A DNA stretch of 64,000 bases from Prochlorococcus sp. AG-418-K17 (GTDB lineage: Bacteria > Cyanobacteriota > Cyanobacteriia > PCC-6307 > Cyanobiaceae): assembly GCA_003214055.1 (NCBI GenBank), contig QCMD01000005.1:802-64801 (forward strand), read 5' to 3'. The stretch's first letter is position 1, and the number at the start of each line of letters is the position of its first letter. Below the pieces are notes generated by a model that saw nothing but the letters and a program-made list of their open reading frames with translations, did no database searches and was not told where the DNA came from. Both the position numbers and the translations under genes were made by a program. This document shows positions 38,189 through 48,653 of this stretch, piece after piece.

Positions 38189-38314
38189 ATTTATATTCTT
38201 CATCAAGTTCAATGACAACACCATTAAAAAATTCTGCTAATAATTTTGATGGGTCTTGCATAGATATCTTTCTATCTACTTTTGATAATTTCTTTTTGAT
38301 TGGATTTAAGTTAG

Positions 38315-38614
38315 TCATACTGATTCAGGTAATTCAAGTTCTTCAAAAGTCCAACCTTCTAATTGAAGGTCATGCCATTTATCCCAAGCATTATCCAAAT
38401 ACATTTGAGTTGATGATTTAATTGCCATTGGCTCACCAAGATCATTTGCATAATATGTATGAGCAAAAATTCTCATACTATTTCTTGGAGATTTTTTATT
38501 CCTTGTAAATAAAATTAGTCTGCTGCGGTCTGGGCTAAGCAACCAACCACTTGGGGACTCATTACGATAACCGTAAGAAAAATTAGTCCAAACATTAGCT
38601 CCTCCTAAAGTCAT
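38315..38614 (-). CDS. DUF1651-family protein
   Basis: GWLLSPD...GEPMAIK...AWDKWHDLQLEGW. Confidence 0.88.
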   Translation of the reverse strand: MTLGGANVWTNFSYGYRNESPSGWLLSPDRSRLILFTRNKKSPRNSMRIFAHTYYANDLGEPMAIKSSTQMYLDNAWDKWHDLQLEGWTFEELELPESV

Positions 38615-38621
38615 TACTTAG

Positions 38622-38669
38622 TAATACATGTGTACTACTAATATAAATACATTAGCAATGGATCGTCAA
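38622..38669 (-). promoter_or_regulatory. Sigma70 promoter with LexA box(es)
   Basis: TTGACG (38664-69) N18 TATATT (38640-45); TAATACATGTGTACTA 38622-37 plus a degenerate second box 38639-54. Confidence 0.75.
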
Positions 38670-38848
38670 GTATTTTGGCAAATATTCGATTTCTTTGCTT
38701 ATTTATCAAAGTAAACTCTTCAATTACTGTTATTAAAGATTACTAAAAAGTTCCTGCATTTGGTACTGCAATTTGGTCCTGAACCACTAATCATGAAAAA
38801 TAAAATACCTACCAAAAGCTTGTTATTGCAGGCAGTTTGATAGGTAAA

Positions 38849-39022
38849 ACCGGATCCCCGTCAGTTCTCTGCTGCATCGACCTGGAAATGCCAGAAGAGG
38901 ATTCAAAGTGGGCTTTCGTTTCCGATTACAAGATCGGTTTACTACCGCATCACGACAGTCTCCTCATGTCGAAAGAGAGTCAGATCAGAGCACATAAAGA
39001 AGAACTTAACCAAAGATCCAGT
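38849..39022 (-). ncRNA. ssrS: 6S RNA (Yfr7)
   Basis: GC-rich; ends pair (ACTGGATCTTTGGTTAAGTTCT / AGAACTGACGGGGATCCGGT); canonical location downstream of purK; terminator-like hairpin 38806-38845. Confidence 0.92.
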
Positions 39023-39044
39023 AATCTAACTCTAACTTATTTTT

Positions 39045-40235
39045 TTATGCATTTGGAGATGGCCAAATGTCTCTTACCATAGTTAATAAAATTTGAGCTT
39101 CATCATATCTTTCTGAATGCGTTTTACCATTTAATAAAAATGTGATGTGAGCCATTTTTCGTCCAAGAATTTCGCGAGATTTGCCATAACAATGCATATT
39201 AGAACCCTCAATTTCAGATAACATTTTAATTCTGGTTTCCATTGAGATTGGGAAATTCTTTTTTAACCCCAGTAGATTTATCATAATTGCACCTTCACAG
39301 TTCATTTTAATTTCAGGTGGTATTATCCCAGAAGAAATGCAAACATATTGATCAAACTGACTTGAAGTGCAAGCTTCAATAGAGAAATGAGCTGAGTTAT
39401 GTGTTCTAGGAGCTATTTCATTAATTAAAAGACCATTATCTCCATAGAAGAATTCAATAGCTAAAACTCCAACGTAATTAAGTTCATTGACTATTGAAGA
39501 GAAAATATTTATTGCAAATAAGTTCAAATCATATTCATTTGATCCAGGTGCAAGAACCCAATCACAAACATGGTTTGATTGGAACGTCTCAACTATTGGA
39601 AAGAATCTTATCTTGCCGGTCCTATCTCTCGAACCAACAAGAGCCAGTTCTTTTTCATACTCTATCCATTCTTCTATTAACCATTCATCAGAATTATTCT
39701 CTGTTAAAAAAGAATCTAAATCTTCTTTTGTCTTTATTTTTCTGTTCCCTTTGCCGTCATATCCACCTTTATTTGATTTTGCCATTAGAGGAAAAGTCCA
39801 ATTATTTATTTCCTCATCCGAGAGATTTTTAAAATCTTCAATACTTATCCATTTTGGACAGGGAATATTCATTCTATCTATTAATTTTTTTTGAGAAAAC
39901 CTATTTACTAATGGCTTAATTGCATTAAGGCTTGGAACAAAAATATCTTCATTGCCAATTAAATTTAATTTATCAATTTTTATCCATTCATTTTCAAAAA
40001 TTATTTTTTCACACTCATTAATTAATGATTTATTTCCTCTTATCTTTAAAGGATCAGCTTCTATGACATGATCTGCTTTTGAACCAGCAGGATCATCACA
40101 AGATTTTGTTTGCACACATACTTCTAAATCTCTTTTTTTTGCTGCCTCGGTTAACATCAATGCCAGTTGACCACCTCCAATTATTCCTAGGGAATAATTT
40201 TTCTTGATATCGTTTATATTTTTTTTAAAACTCAT
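39045..40235 (-). CDS. purK: N5-carboxyaminoimidazole ribonucleotide synthase
   Basis: GGGQLA, GYDGKG, NEIAPRTHNS, GRKMAH. Confidence 0.96.
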   Translation of the reverse strand: MSFKKNINDIKKNYSLGIIGGGQLALMLTEAAKKRDLEVCVQTKSCDDPAGSKADHVIEADPLKIRGNKSLINECEKIIFENEWIKIDKLNLIGNEDIFVPSLNAIKPLVNRFSQKKLIDRMNIPCPKWISIEDFKNLSDEEINNWTFPLMAKSNKGGYDGKGNRKIKTKEDLDSFLTENNSDEWLIEEWIEYEKELALVGSRDRTGKIRFFPIVETFQSNHVCDWVLAPGSNEYDLNLFAINIFSSIVNELNYVGVLAIEFFYGDNGLLINEIAPRTHNSAHFSIEACTSSQFDQYVCISSGIIPPEIKMNCEGAIMINLLGLKKNFPISMETRIKMLSEIEGSNMHCYGKSREILGRKMAHITFLLNGKTHSERYDEAQILLTMVRDIWPSPNA

Positions 40236-40360
40236 AGCATGATTTTATTACCATTTCTAATTCTTAACAACTGAATTTTTAAGGATCTAGAGCTTAAATT
40301 TTGCTAATATATAAAATATTTAATACCAAATATTTATAAATTTTAACTAGGTAATCAATT

Positions 40361-41452
40361 GTGAATAAGAGAAAAATATTAGTCCCATTAGGTGATAAGT
40401 CATACGAAGTAACTCTAGAAGCAGGGATACTGAATAATATCAGCGAAGAACTCTTAAAAATTGGAATAACAAAGAAAAGAAAAATACTTGTGATTTCAAA
40501 TGAAGAAATATCAAATTTGTATGGTGAGAAATTCTTAAATAATTTAAAAGATAATAAATTTCAGGCCAAAATGTTCCTTATCAAGGCTGGAGAATCATAT
40601 AAAAACTTAAAAACCTTAAGTGAAATATATGATGTAGCATTTGAATTTGGCTTAGATAGAAATTCAATAATTATTGCCCTTGGAGGAGGAATTGTTGGAG
40701 ATGTAAGTGGTTTTGCTGCTGCGACTTGGCTGAGAGGTATCGAATATATTCAGATTCCAACAACATTATTATCAATGGTTGATTCATCTGTGGGAGGAAA
40801 AACAGGAGTAAATCATCCAAAAGGTAAGAATTTAATTGGAGCTTTCAATCAACCTAAAGCAGTTTTTATTGATCCAGAAACTTTAAAAAGTTTGCCCAAA
40901 AGAGAATTTAGTGCAGGCATGGCTGAAGTAATAAAATACGGAGTAATAAGAGATAAAGAACTTTTCGAATACTTAGAAATTGAGAAAAACAAAAATGAAC
41001 TTATAAATCTCAAAAATGAATATTTAATTAAAATAATTAATAGTTCAATTAAAACAAAGTCTAATGTTGTTTCTCAAGACGAACATGAAAATGGTGTTAG
41101 AGCAATATTGAATTATGGACATTCTTTTGGTCACGTTATTGAGAATTTATGTGGATACGGCAAATTTCTGCATGGTGAGGCAATATCAATTGGTATGAAT
41201 ATTGCGGGGAAAATAGCAATTGAAAAAGGGTTATGGTCTAAAGAAGAATTAGAGAGACAGCGAATTCTCTTAGAGAGTTATGATCTTCCTACCGAGATCC
41301 CCAAAATAAGTAAAGAAGACGTTCTAACAATACTTATGGGTGATAAAAAAGTTCGTGATGGCAAAATGAGATTTATATTACCGAAAGAAATAGGTGATGT
41401 TGATATATATGATGACGTGGAAGATTCATTATTTTTAAAGTTTTTTTCTTAA
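40361..41452 (+). CDS. aroB: 3-dehydroquinate synthase
   Basis: [34 protein letters not shown]. Confidence 0.97.
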   Translation: MNKRKILVPLGDKSYEVTLEAGILNNISEELLKIGITKKRKILVISNEEISNLYGEKFLNNLKDNKFQAKMFLIKAGESYKNLKTLSEIYDVAFEFGLDRNSIIIALGGGIVGDVSGFAAATWLRGIEYIQIPTTLLSMVDSSVGGKTGVNHPKGKNLIGAFNQPKAVFIDPETLKSLPKREFSAGMAEVIKYGVIRDKELFEYLEIEKNKNELINLKNEYLIKIINSSIKTKSNVVSQDEHENGVRAILNYGHSFGHVIENLCGYGKFLHGEAISIGMNIAGKIAIEKGLWSKEELERQRILLESYDLPTEIPKISKEDVLTILMGDKKVRDGKMRFILPKEIGDVDIYDDVEDSLFLKFFS

Positions 41453-42639
41453 CGCAAACAGGTTGAATTTATATTCATTTTCTTCTCATTAAACTTTTTA
41501 AAAACAAACCACTTAAAATCACCTAAACAAATAGGATCTACGAGTCTAAGTAATGCCTCTCTTCTTAATAGAGCATTTGATAAATTCTCCTTAAATTCTT
41601 TCTGAATCCCATAAAGTCTCTCAGCCAATCCAAGCGCCAATAAAGCCTCTCCTTGTTTTGTTATTCCAATAGTATCAAATCCAAGAGTCTCAGCATCATT
41701 AATTAAAGTTTCTATGCACACATGAGATGTTAAATCGCAATTTCCAGGAGAATCTAGGACATTATTCTTCATTTTTTGATTTTCATATGAAACTATAGTC
41801 CCATCAGAATTCTTAGAGTTATAGTATTTTTTAGCTTCTTTAGCGTAATCAATTATCAATAAAATACCATTATTGATTTTCCCATAAATAGCTTCTAACC
41901 ATTTTGAGTTATCTACATGCCATTCTGTCGTCCATCCTTCAAGAGCATCTTCGGGCGGAATAGTTATTCCTAACTCACTTTTAGCAAGTTCAAAACTTTT
42001 TTCCAATTCACGTGTAATTGGCATTTTATCAAAAAATAATTTATGAGATTTTTTGTCTATAGAAATTGCTTGTCGAATTAGTTTTCCCTTTGAGAAGGTT
42101 ATTCTTTCTACTGGTAAAGCATCCAAAACTTCATTTGCTAGAACTATTCCATTTATATTATTTTCCTCTACTTCATCCAAACCTTTCCATAAAATATCAA
42201 TACCTAAGTTCAAAAATTCCTCCAATTTATTTTTTTGTTTTTCTACCATCCCTTCATTAGGTTCAATAATTACAAAAGAAATACCTTCTAAAAAATTCTT
42301 GCTGTTTTTTAAAAAGTATTTAATTAATCCACTCATAAAGCTTCCATCTCCAGCTCCAAATTCAGTTACAGATAATGTCTCATTAGATAAAAAACTACTT
42401 TTGAACTGAATCAACCAATCTTCTATTTGTTTACCAACTAAAAAAGCAAAATCATCAGATAAAGATGGTGATGTGACAAAATCTCCTCGAACGCCTAACT
42501 CAACTTTACCGCTGCCGTAATAACCATTAATAGGATCATTTAATGCAAAATTCATAAAGTCATAAAAACTTATAGTCCCACCCATTTTTATTATTTTTTT
42601 TACTATCCAATCTGGATTGTTCGCGGGTAAGCTATTCAT
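41449..42639 (-). CDS. SAM-dependent methyltransferase (MidA/NDUFAF7, DUF185)
   Basis: GYY...[31 protein letters not shown]. Confidence 0.9.
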   Translation of the reverse strand: MNSLPANNPDWIVKKIIKMGGTISFYDFMNFALNDPINGYYGSGKVELGVRGDFVTSPSLSDDFAFLVGKQIEDWLIQFKSSFLSNETLSVTEFGAGDGSFMSGLIKYFLKNSKNFLEGISFVIIEPNEGMVEKQKNKLEEFLNLGIDILWKGLDEVEENNINGIVLANEVLDALPVERITFSKGKLIRQAISIDKKSHKLFFDKMPITRELEKSFELAKSELGITIPPEDALEGWTTEWHVDNSKWLEAIYGKINNGILLIIDYAKEAKKYYNSKNSDGTIVSYENQKMKNNVLDSPGNCDLTSHVCIETLINDAETLGFDTIGITKQGEALLALGLAERLYGIQKEFKENLSNALLRREALLRLVDPICLGDFKWFVFKKFNEKKMNINSTCLR

Positions 42640-42670
42640 CGGCGAAAATATAAAGAGACAAAACTTATTT

Positions 42671-43468
42671 ATGCCTTCAAAGATTAACTATTTATTAGGA
42701 ATATTTCTATCTATATTAGTTTTAATTTCACATAAACCCGTTTTCGCTATAAATAATCCAAATCTCTTACCAGAAGAAAAAACACCAGTAATTGATTTAG
42801 CTAAAACATTAAGCCCTAATCAGAAAAAATCTTTAGAGGAAAAGCTCAACAATCTAGAAATTGAAAGTGGGTGGAAAATTAAATATTTATCTCAGTTTGA
42901 AAGTTCTCCTGGTAGTGCAATAAAGGACTATTGGGATTTAGATGAGACAAGTTTGTTGATAGTTGCGGATCCTAGAGGGGGAAATTTGCTGAACTTTAAC
43001 GTAGGAGAGGCTTATTTTAATTTTATGCCAAGGTTATTTTGGGTTGAACTTCAAACAAGATTTGGCAACCAATACTATGTTAAAGATCATGGTGAGGATG
43101 GTGCAGTATTAGATGCAATTGATTCAGTAAAGATTTGCCTCGAAAGAGGAGGATGCCAAGTTGTCCCTGGCCTACCCAAAGAGCAATATATATGGACTTT
43201 ATGTACATCGATTCTTGGAGGTTTAGTAGCAGGTTTCGCATCTGCCCCAAGAAAAGAAGGTCAAGTCATATCAATTGGATTTTTAGCTCTTCTTTCTCCT
43301 TTATGGGGAATGTTATTTGGAATTTTTGGTTTGGCACCGATAATATCCAGAACAAATGATTTATTACCTTTATTTAAAAATGGTTTAGCTTTTACAGCCG
43401 CAGGAATTGCGGGTTATATCTTATCTCAAACATTATTTTCAAGATATGAAAAGCCCAAAAATACTTAA
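42671..43468 (+). CDS. TPM-domain membrane protein
   Basis: PVIDLAKTL, FWVELQTRFGN, CQVVPGLP; ATG at 42671. Confidence 0.85.
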   Translation: MPSKINYLLGIFLSILVLISHKPVFAINNPNLLPEEKTPVIDLAKTLSPNQKKSLEEKLNNLEIESGWKIKYLSQFESSPGSAIKDYWDLDETSLLIVADPRGGNLLNFNVGEAYFNFMPRLFWVELQTRFGNQYYVKDHGEDGAVLDAIDSVKICLERGGCQVVPGLPKEQYIWTLCTSILGGLVAGFASAPRKEGQVISIGFLALLSPLWGMLFGIFGLAPIISRTNDLLPLFKNGLAFTAAGIAGYILSQTLFSRYEKPKNT

Positions 43469-43491
43469 AATATGATCTGAGATATTTAATC

Positions 43492-44325
43492 CTAAAAAAA
43501 TTTATCTTCTTCACGAATTACACCAGACTCTGAATACCATCGATGAGAAACATGCCTTAATTCCTTATTTTCAAACTCAATCCATGAAAAGTTAATTAGC
43601 AATTTACCATCTTCATCGGTTTTATATCTTGGTACCACAGCAGTGTTGAAATAAATCGTTCCTTTGCTATCAATTTTAAACATCTCTCTTAAACCAAGAT
43701 TTCTTTTAAGCCGGTTGTGCATATGACCAAAAATTACAAGATCAACTTTTCTTCTCTTTTGTATTTGAGAAATAGCAGCAGACAAATCTCTATCTCCCCA
43801 ATCTAAAGAGGGTAATTTCCAGTCTTTCCCACAAATGCTTTTAGGTTCTGAACCTAAACCTGAGGGACCAGCATGAGACATAATTATTAGAGGTATTTCT
43901 TCAACAGTCTCTTCTGAACATTTGATAATTTTATTTATTGAATCTTGTTCGGTTATAGGTCCATAAACACCTTTAACTTCTTTTGAAAGGTAATAGCCTC
44001 CGCCAGAACTACATGGTCTAGCAGACAATAAATTTATTTGATTATTAAAAACTTTCAAATCCCATGCACAATATTTTTCACCAAGAACACGTATCTGCTT
44101 TGAGAGAGTTTCGCCTGTAGAATCTTTTCCTCTATCATGATTTCCTAAAATCACAAAAGTAGGAATTTTGATCTCATTGATTTTTTTAATTATTTTGACA
44201 CTTCCATCAGAAATATCACCAACAAATAAAACAATATTTGGTTTGATAATCGATAAAACTTTCAAGTCTAATTCAGACCATTGACCATGACAGTCACCAA
44301 CAATAGCAATTTTTAAATTTGTCAG
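43492..44325 (-). CDS. TIGR04168-family metallophosphoesterase
   Basis: IAIVGDCHG (upstream of the track start), GD, GNHD, FGHMH; requires a CTG/ATT start near 44325. Confidence 0.85.
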   Translation of the reverse strand: MTNLKIAIVGDCHGQWSELDLKVLSIIKPNIVLFVGDISDGSVKIIKKINEIKIPTFVILGNHDRGKDSTGETLSKQIRVLGEKYCAWDLKVFNNQINLLSARPCSSGGGYYLSKEVKGVYGPITEQDSINKIIKCSEETVEEIPLIIMSHAGPSGLGSEPKSICGKDWKLPSLDWGDRDLSAAISQIQKRRKVDLVIFGHMHNRLKRNLGLREMFKIDSKGTIYFNTAVVPRYKTDEDGKLLINFSWIEFENKELRHVSHRWYSESGVIREEDKFF

Positions 44326-44428
44326 AATTTTTTCTGTTTAAAGGCATATAATCTATTTAGATATATTCTAAATCCTGACCAGTATAACTTCCACTGCAAA
44401 ACAGAAATCAGTTCAAAACGAAGAGGAT

Positions 44429-45343
44429 TTGATTTCTGAAATAAAGGAGCGTTGCAAAAAAGCTAATGCAATTATTCTTGCGCACTATTATCAAGCACCT
44501 GAGATTCAGGAAATTGCAGATTTTATTGGAGATTCATTAGATCTATCTAGGAAAGCTGCAAATAATGACGCAGATATAATAATTTTTTGCGGTGTGCACT
44601 TTATGGCCGAAACCGCAAAAATACTAAGCCCTAATAAAACAGTCCTATTACCAGATATTGACGCAGGATGCTCATTAGCAGACGATTGTCCTTCAGATAA
44701 ATTTCAAAAATTCAGGGAAGAAAATCCAGATCACTATGTCGTAAGTTATATAAATTGCACTGCAGAAGTAAAAGCTCAAAGTGATCTGATATGTACAAGC
44801 AGTAATGCAGTCTCATTAATTAAAAAGATACCTGAAGATAAAAAGATAATATTTGCGCCAGATCAGAACCTTGGGAGATGGGTACAGAAAAATTCAGGAA
44901 GAGATCTTAAATTATGGCCTGGCAGCTGCATTGTTCATGAATCATTTAGTGAAGAAGCACTACTAAAACTAAAATACCAAAATCCAGGATCAAAAGTAAT
45001 TGCTCACCCTGAATGTAGTCAAAATTTACTACTTCTCTCGGATTTTATTGGATCAACAAGTAAACTGCTTGATTACGTAAGTAAAGATCCTTCTAAAACT
45101 TACATGGTATTAACTGAACCCGGAATAATCCACCAAATGAAGAAGAAAGAACCTAACAAAGTTTTTATTGAAGTCCCCGACATAGAAGGTTGTAAATGTA
45201 ATGAGTGTCCATATATGAAATTAAATACCTTAGAAAAAATTCTTGATTGCTTAAAAAATAATTACCCATCTATCGAACTTGACCCAGAAATAATAAGAAG
45301 AGCTTATGTACCGATAAAGAGAATGCTGGATATGAGTAATTAA
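44429..45343 (+). CDS. nadA: Quinolinate synthase (frame open from CTG at 44375)
   Basis: LAHYYQ, GVHFMAET, GCSLA, CIVH, HPEC, CPYM. Confidence 0.97.
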   Translation: MISEIKERCKKANAIILAHYYQAPEIQEIADFIGDSLDLSRKAANNDADIIIFCGVHFMAETAKILSPNKTVLLPDIDAGCSLADDCPSDKFQKFREENPDHYVVSYINCTAEVKAQSDLICTSSNAVSLIKKIPEDKKIIFAPDQNLGRWVQKNSGRDLKLWPGSCIVHESFSEEALLKLKYQNPGSKVIAHPECSQNLLLLSDFIGSTSKLLDYVSKDPSKTYMVLTEPGIIHQMKKKEPNKVFIEVPDIEGCKCNECPYMKLNTLEKILDCLKNNYPSIELDPEIIRRAYVPIKRMLDMSN

Positions 45344-46674
45344 TTAAATGAAAATACTTTATTTTCCCTATTAATTTTTAGGAATGCATTAAGGTTTGTA
45401 GTGTTTGGATTAAATTCACTTATCTGATTATTTCTTTTAATTATCTTTACTAACTCTTTTTCACCAGCTCTATATTGTTTATCTTTTCTAGTTCCAATTT
45501 CTCTTTGAAGAATAGGGTTTATATTCATTTTTACTTCTATGTCTGGAATAATTCCAGATTTGTTTATATCAGTGCCGTTCGGAGTTAAATACTTAGCGAC
45601 TGTAACAGTTAGACCTGAACCATCAACTAATGTTCTCATGGATTGAACAAGACCTTTACCAAAAGTTTTCTTCCCAACTAATTTTCCTCTTTTGTTATCT
45701 TTTATTGCACCTGAGACTATTTCACTAGCACTGGCCGAACCCTCATTAACTAAGACAACTAAGGGCTTTTTTGTTAAAGCTTGACCGTTTCCTTTTTTTG
45801 TTTCTTTTAAACCATCTTTACTTACTGTACTTACTATTACTCCTCTATTAATAAAGTGCCTTGAGATATCAATGCTTGATTCTAATAAACCTCCTGGATT
45901 ACTTCTCAAGTCAAGAACATATCCTGCGACTTTTTTTGTTTCTAAATCTTTAATAGCATCTCTAGTCTCTTTTGATGCATTTGCATTAAATTGTTTAATC
46001 CTTACATAGCCAATTAATAAACCGTTTTTGCTTTGATTGACTTTACTTGATACAGATTTTATTTCAATTTTCTCTCTTGATAAAATCTTAAAAAATGATT
46101 TAGAACCTCTAAGAATTTCAAGCTTTACTTTAGTACCTCTTTGTCCTCTTATTAATTTCACGGCCTCCTCAATATTCATACCTTCAGTAGAAATATCATC
46201 TATAGACAATATTTTATCTCTAGCTTTAATTCCAGCATCAAATGCAGGGGTTCCCTCAATAGGAGAAATGATTATTAAATCATCAGATTCTTTATCTTTA
46301 ACAATTTGGATGCCAACTCCAGTTAATTCACCAGAGGTATCTATTCTCATCTGATTAAATTCCTTAGGTTCTAAAAATCTTGTATAAGAATCATCTAAAT
46401 TAGAAAGCATATCTCTAATCGCATCATATGCTTCATTGCTATCTGAATATGTTTTTGATAAAACTTTTTTTCTTAGACTAATCCAATTAGACTTTTGAAA
46501 TTTCCCGCTTGAATCAAGAAAATCTCTATATACAATTTGCCAAACATGATCAATTACTTCTTTATAACTTTTATCTAAAACTGTTGCTTCTACAAAATTA
46601 TTTAAAAATATCCCAGAAAAGGATGTCGCAAACAGAATTATAAATTTTTTTTTAAGCAATTTTCTTATCTTCAA
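45340..46674 (-). CDS. ctpA: S41 carboxyl-terminal processing protease
   Basis: PDZ domain GVG, DLRSNPGG, SASASE, TFGKG; paralog identity within the Ctp family uncertain. Confidence 0.88.
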   Translation of the reverse strand: MKIRKLLKKKFIILFATSFSGIFLNNFVEATVLDKSYKEVIDHVWQIVYRDFLDSSGKFQKSNWISLRKKVLSKTYSDSNEAYDAIRDMLSNLDDSYTRFLEPKEFNQMRIDTSGELTGVGIQIVKDKESDDLIIISPIEGTPAFDAGIKARDKILSIDDISTEGMNIEEAVKLIRGQRGTKVKLEILRGSKSFFKILSREKIEIKSVSSKVNQSKNGLLIGYVRIKQFNANASKETRDAIKDLETKKVAGYVLDLRSNPGGLLESSIDISRHFINRGVIVSTVSKDGLKETKKGNGQALTKKPLVVLVNEGSASASEIVSGAIKDNKRGKLVGKKTFGKGLVQSMRTLVDGSGLTVTVAKYLTPNGTDINKSGIIPDIEVKMNINPILQREIGTRKDKQYRAGEKELVKIIKRNNQISEFNPNTTNLNAFLKINRENKVFSFN

Positions 46675-46736
46675 AGAATTATATGTTTTTTATTATAAAA
46701 AGAATTTATTTATAATTTCAAAAATTTGACAAATCC

Positions 46737-47954
46737 TTAAGGATCAATCCACTTCCCATCGTCTTTAATAAGTTGGATTAAAGCATTAACCCCCTCATCT
46801 TCAGGTACTCTTTTTATCTCTTCTTTCCTTCTATATAAGGCAATGGTTCCTTTGCCTTTCCCAACATAACCATAATCAGCATCTGCCATTTCTCCTGGTC
46901 CATTTACTATACATCCCATTATTGCTATATCTAAACCAGTTAAATGTGAAGTTGCGTTCCTAACTTTGTCTACAACTTCTTCTAAATTGAAAAGTGTTCT
47001 CCCACAACTAGGGCAACTGATATATTCAACCATCGTTTTTCTTAATCCTAAAGATTGCAAAATTGAATAGCAAACTGGAATTTCCTTCTCTGGGGCCTCT
47101 GTTAAAGAAACCCTTATAGTATCTCCTAATCCCTCTGCTAAAAGGGTTCCAATTCCAGCAGTACTTTTAATCCTTCCATAATCACCATCTCCAGCTTCAG
47201 TCACTCCCAAATGCAATGGATAATTATATCCTTCCGAGTCAAGTCTATCTGAAATCATTCTGTAAGCTGCCATCATGACAGGAGCCCTGGAAGCTTTCAT
47301 AGAAATAATTATATTATGAAAATCAAGCTCATCACAAATTTTGACGAACTCCATCGCAGATTCTGTCATTCCTAATGGCGTATCTCCATAAGTAAAAAGC
47401 ATCCTCTCAGATAGAGACCCATGATTAACTCCAATCCTTAGAGCTTTGTTTTCAGCCTTTAAAACTTCAACTAAAGGGGTAAATCTTTTAAGTATTGTTT
47501 GCTTAATAGTTTCAAATTCATCTTCTGTATATTCAGTTCTTGTAGGGTCTGATTTTTCAAACACAAACAATCCAGGATTAATTCTTACTTTATCAACATG
47601 TTTTGCAACTTCCATTGCAATTTTCATACCATTATGATGTACATCAGCTACCAAGGGGGTGTTGATATTATTTTCTAATAATTTTGCCTTTATATCTCCT
47701 ACTGCTTTGGCATGTGCTAAGGAAGGGACAGTTAACCTTACTATTTCACAACCAACATCATGAAGCCTTTTGATAGCTAAGTAAGCATTTTCGACATCCA
47801 TCGTATCTTCATTTATCATCGATTGAACTCTTACTGGATAATCACTTCCAATAGCTATGTCACCAACCATTACAGTTCTAGTTATCCTTCTCTCAATATG
47901 AGTTGAATATCTTTTGGAGAGACTATTAACCTCTTTTGATTGAGTTAATGACAT
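46737..47954 (-). CDS. ispG: HMBPP synthase
   Basis: [32 protein letters not shown]. Confidence 0.98.
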   Translation of the reverse strand: MSLTQSKEVNSLSKRYSTHIERRITRTVMVGDIAIGSDYPVRVQSMINEDTMDVENAYLAIKRLHDVGCEIVRLTVPSLAHAKAVGDIKAKLLENNINTPLVADVHHNGMKIAMEVAKHVDKVRINPGLFVFEKSDPTRTEYTEDEFETIKQTILKRFTPLVEVLKAENKALRIGVNHGSLSERMLFTYGDTPLGMTESAMEFVKICDELDFHNIIISMKASRAPVMMAAYRMISDRLDSEGYNYPLHLGVTEAGDGDYGRIKSTAGIGTLLAEGLGDTIRVSLTEAPEKEIPVCYSILQSLGLRKTMVEYISCPSCGRTLFNLEEVVDKVRNATSHLTGLDIAIMGCIVNGPGEMADADYGYVGKGKGTIALYRRKEEIKRVPEDEGVNALIQLIKDDGKWIDP

Positions 47955-47989
47955 TAAAATTCTTGATATTCAAAAAGGATTTCACTAAA

Positions 47990-48493
47990 TTATACGGCAT
48001 ATAGTTTACCTCTTACATTCTTTAGGTCTTTCAAAGTTAGATGGTAAGGTTTATTTATTTCTTTTGAAGGGAATCTCAACAAATAAGATGGATGAAAAAT
48101 TACCATAATTTCTCTCCCATCTTTTTTAATCCATTGACCTCTTAAATTACTTATAGGATCGTTAACTTCTAAAATAGCTCTCATAGCAGTAGAACCAGTA
48201 AGTAATATAAATTTTGGATCAACTAGCTTTATTTGCTGTGATAACCAAGGTTTATGAATATTAATTTCTCTAGCAGTGGGTTTTCTATTATTTGGTGGAC
48301 GACATTTAATTACATTACAAAAATAAACATCCTTCTTATAGTCAATCTCAGCTTGTATTAATAATTCGTTTAATAACTTACCAGATTTACCTACATAAGG
48401 TTTTCCTTCTAAATCTTCCTGTGCTCCAGGTGCCTCTCCAATTATTAACAAATCTGCAAATACACTTCCTCTCCCAATAACTAACCTTTTCAC
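47990..48493 (-). CDS. Family-4-like uracil-DNA glycosylase
   Basis: GEAPG, G.PYVG.SG, NVIKCRPP.NR.P, FHPSYLLR. Confidence 0.9.
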   Translation of the reverse strand: MKRLVIGRGSVFADLLIIGEAPGAQEDLEGKPYVGKSGKLLNELLIQAEIDYKKDVYFCNVIKCRPPNNRKPTAREINIHKPWLSQQIKLVDPKFILLTGSTAMRAILEVNDPISNLRGQWIKKDGREIMVIFHPSYLLRFPSKEINKPYHLTLKDLKNVRGKLYAV

Positions 48494-48653
48494 CGAAAAT
48501 AAAACTTTAAATATTTTTATCTTAAGAACTCAAAACATGAAAATAAAATAGATTAAGAAAATGAACTAAATTAAACCATTGTGTGATAGTTTTATTTATT
48601 CTTAATTTATGCATAGTCATTATTAAAAGTCATATTTGAAAAGTCATTAGTCA

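Noticed and set aside
26500-38800. Prophage, tycheposon, integron or CRISPR interpretation of the small-ORF region
   Set aside because: No integrase, tRNA or tRNA fragment, structural phage gene, attC-like repeat or regularly spaced repeat seen
38837-39082. 81-aa plus-strand ORF
   Set aside because: Antisense to 6S RNA; open only because of higher GC
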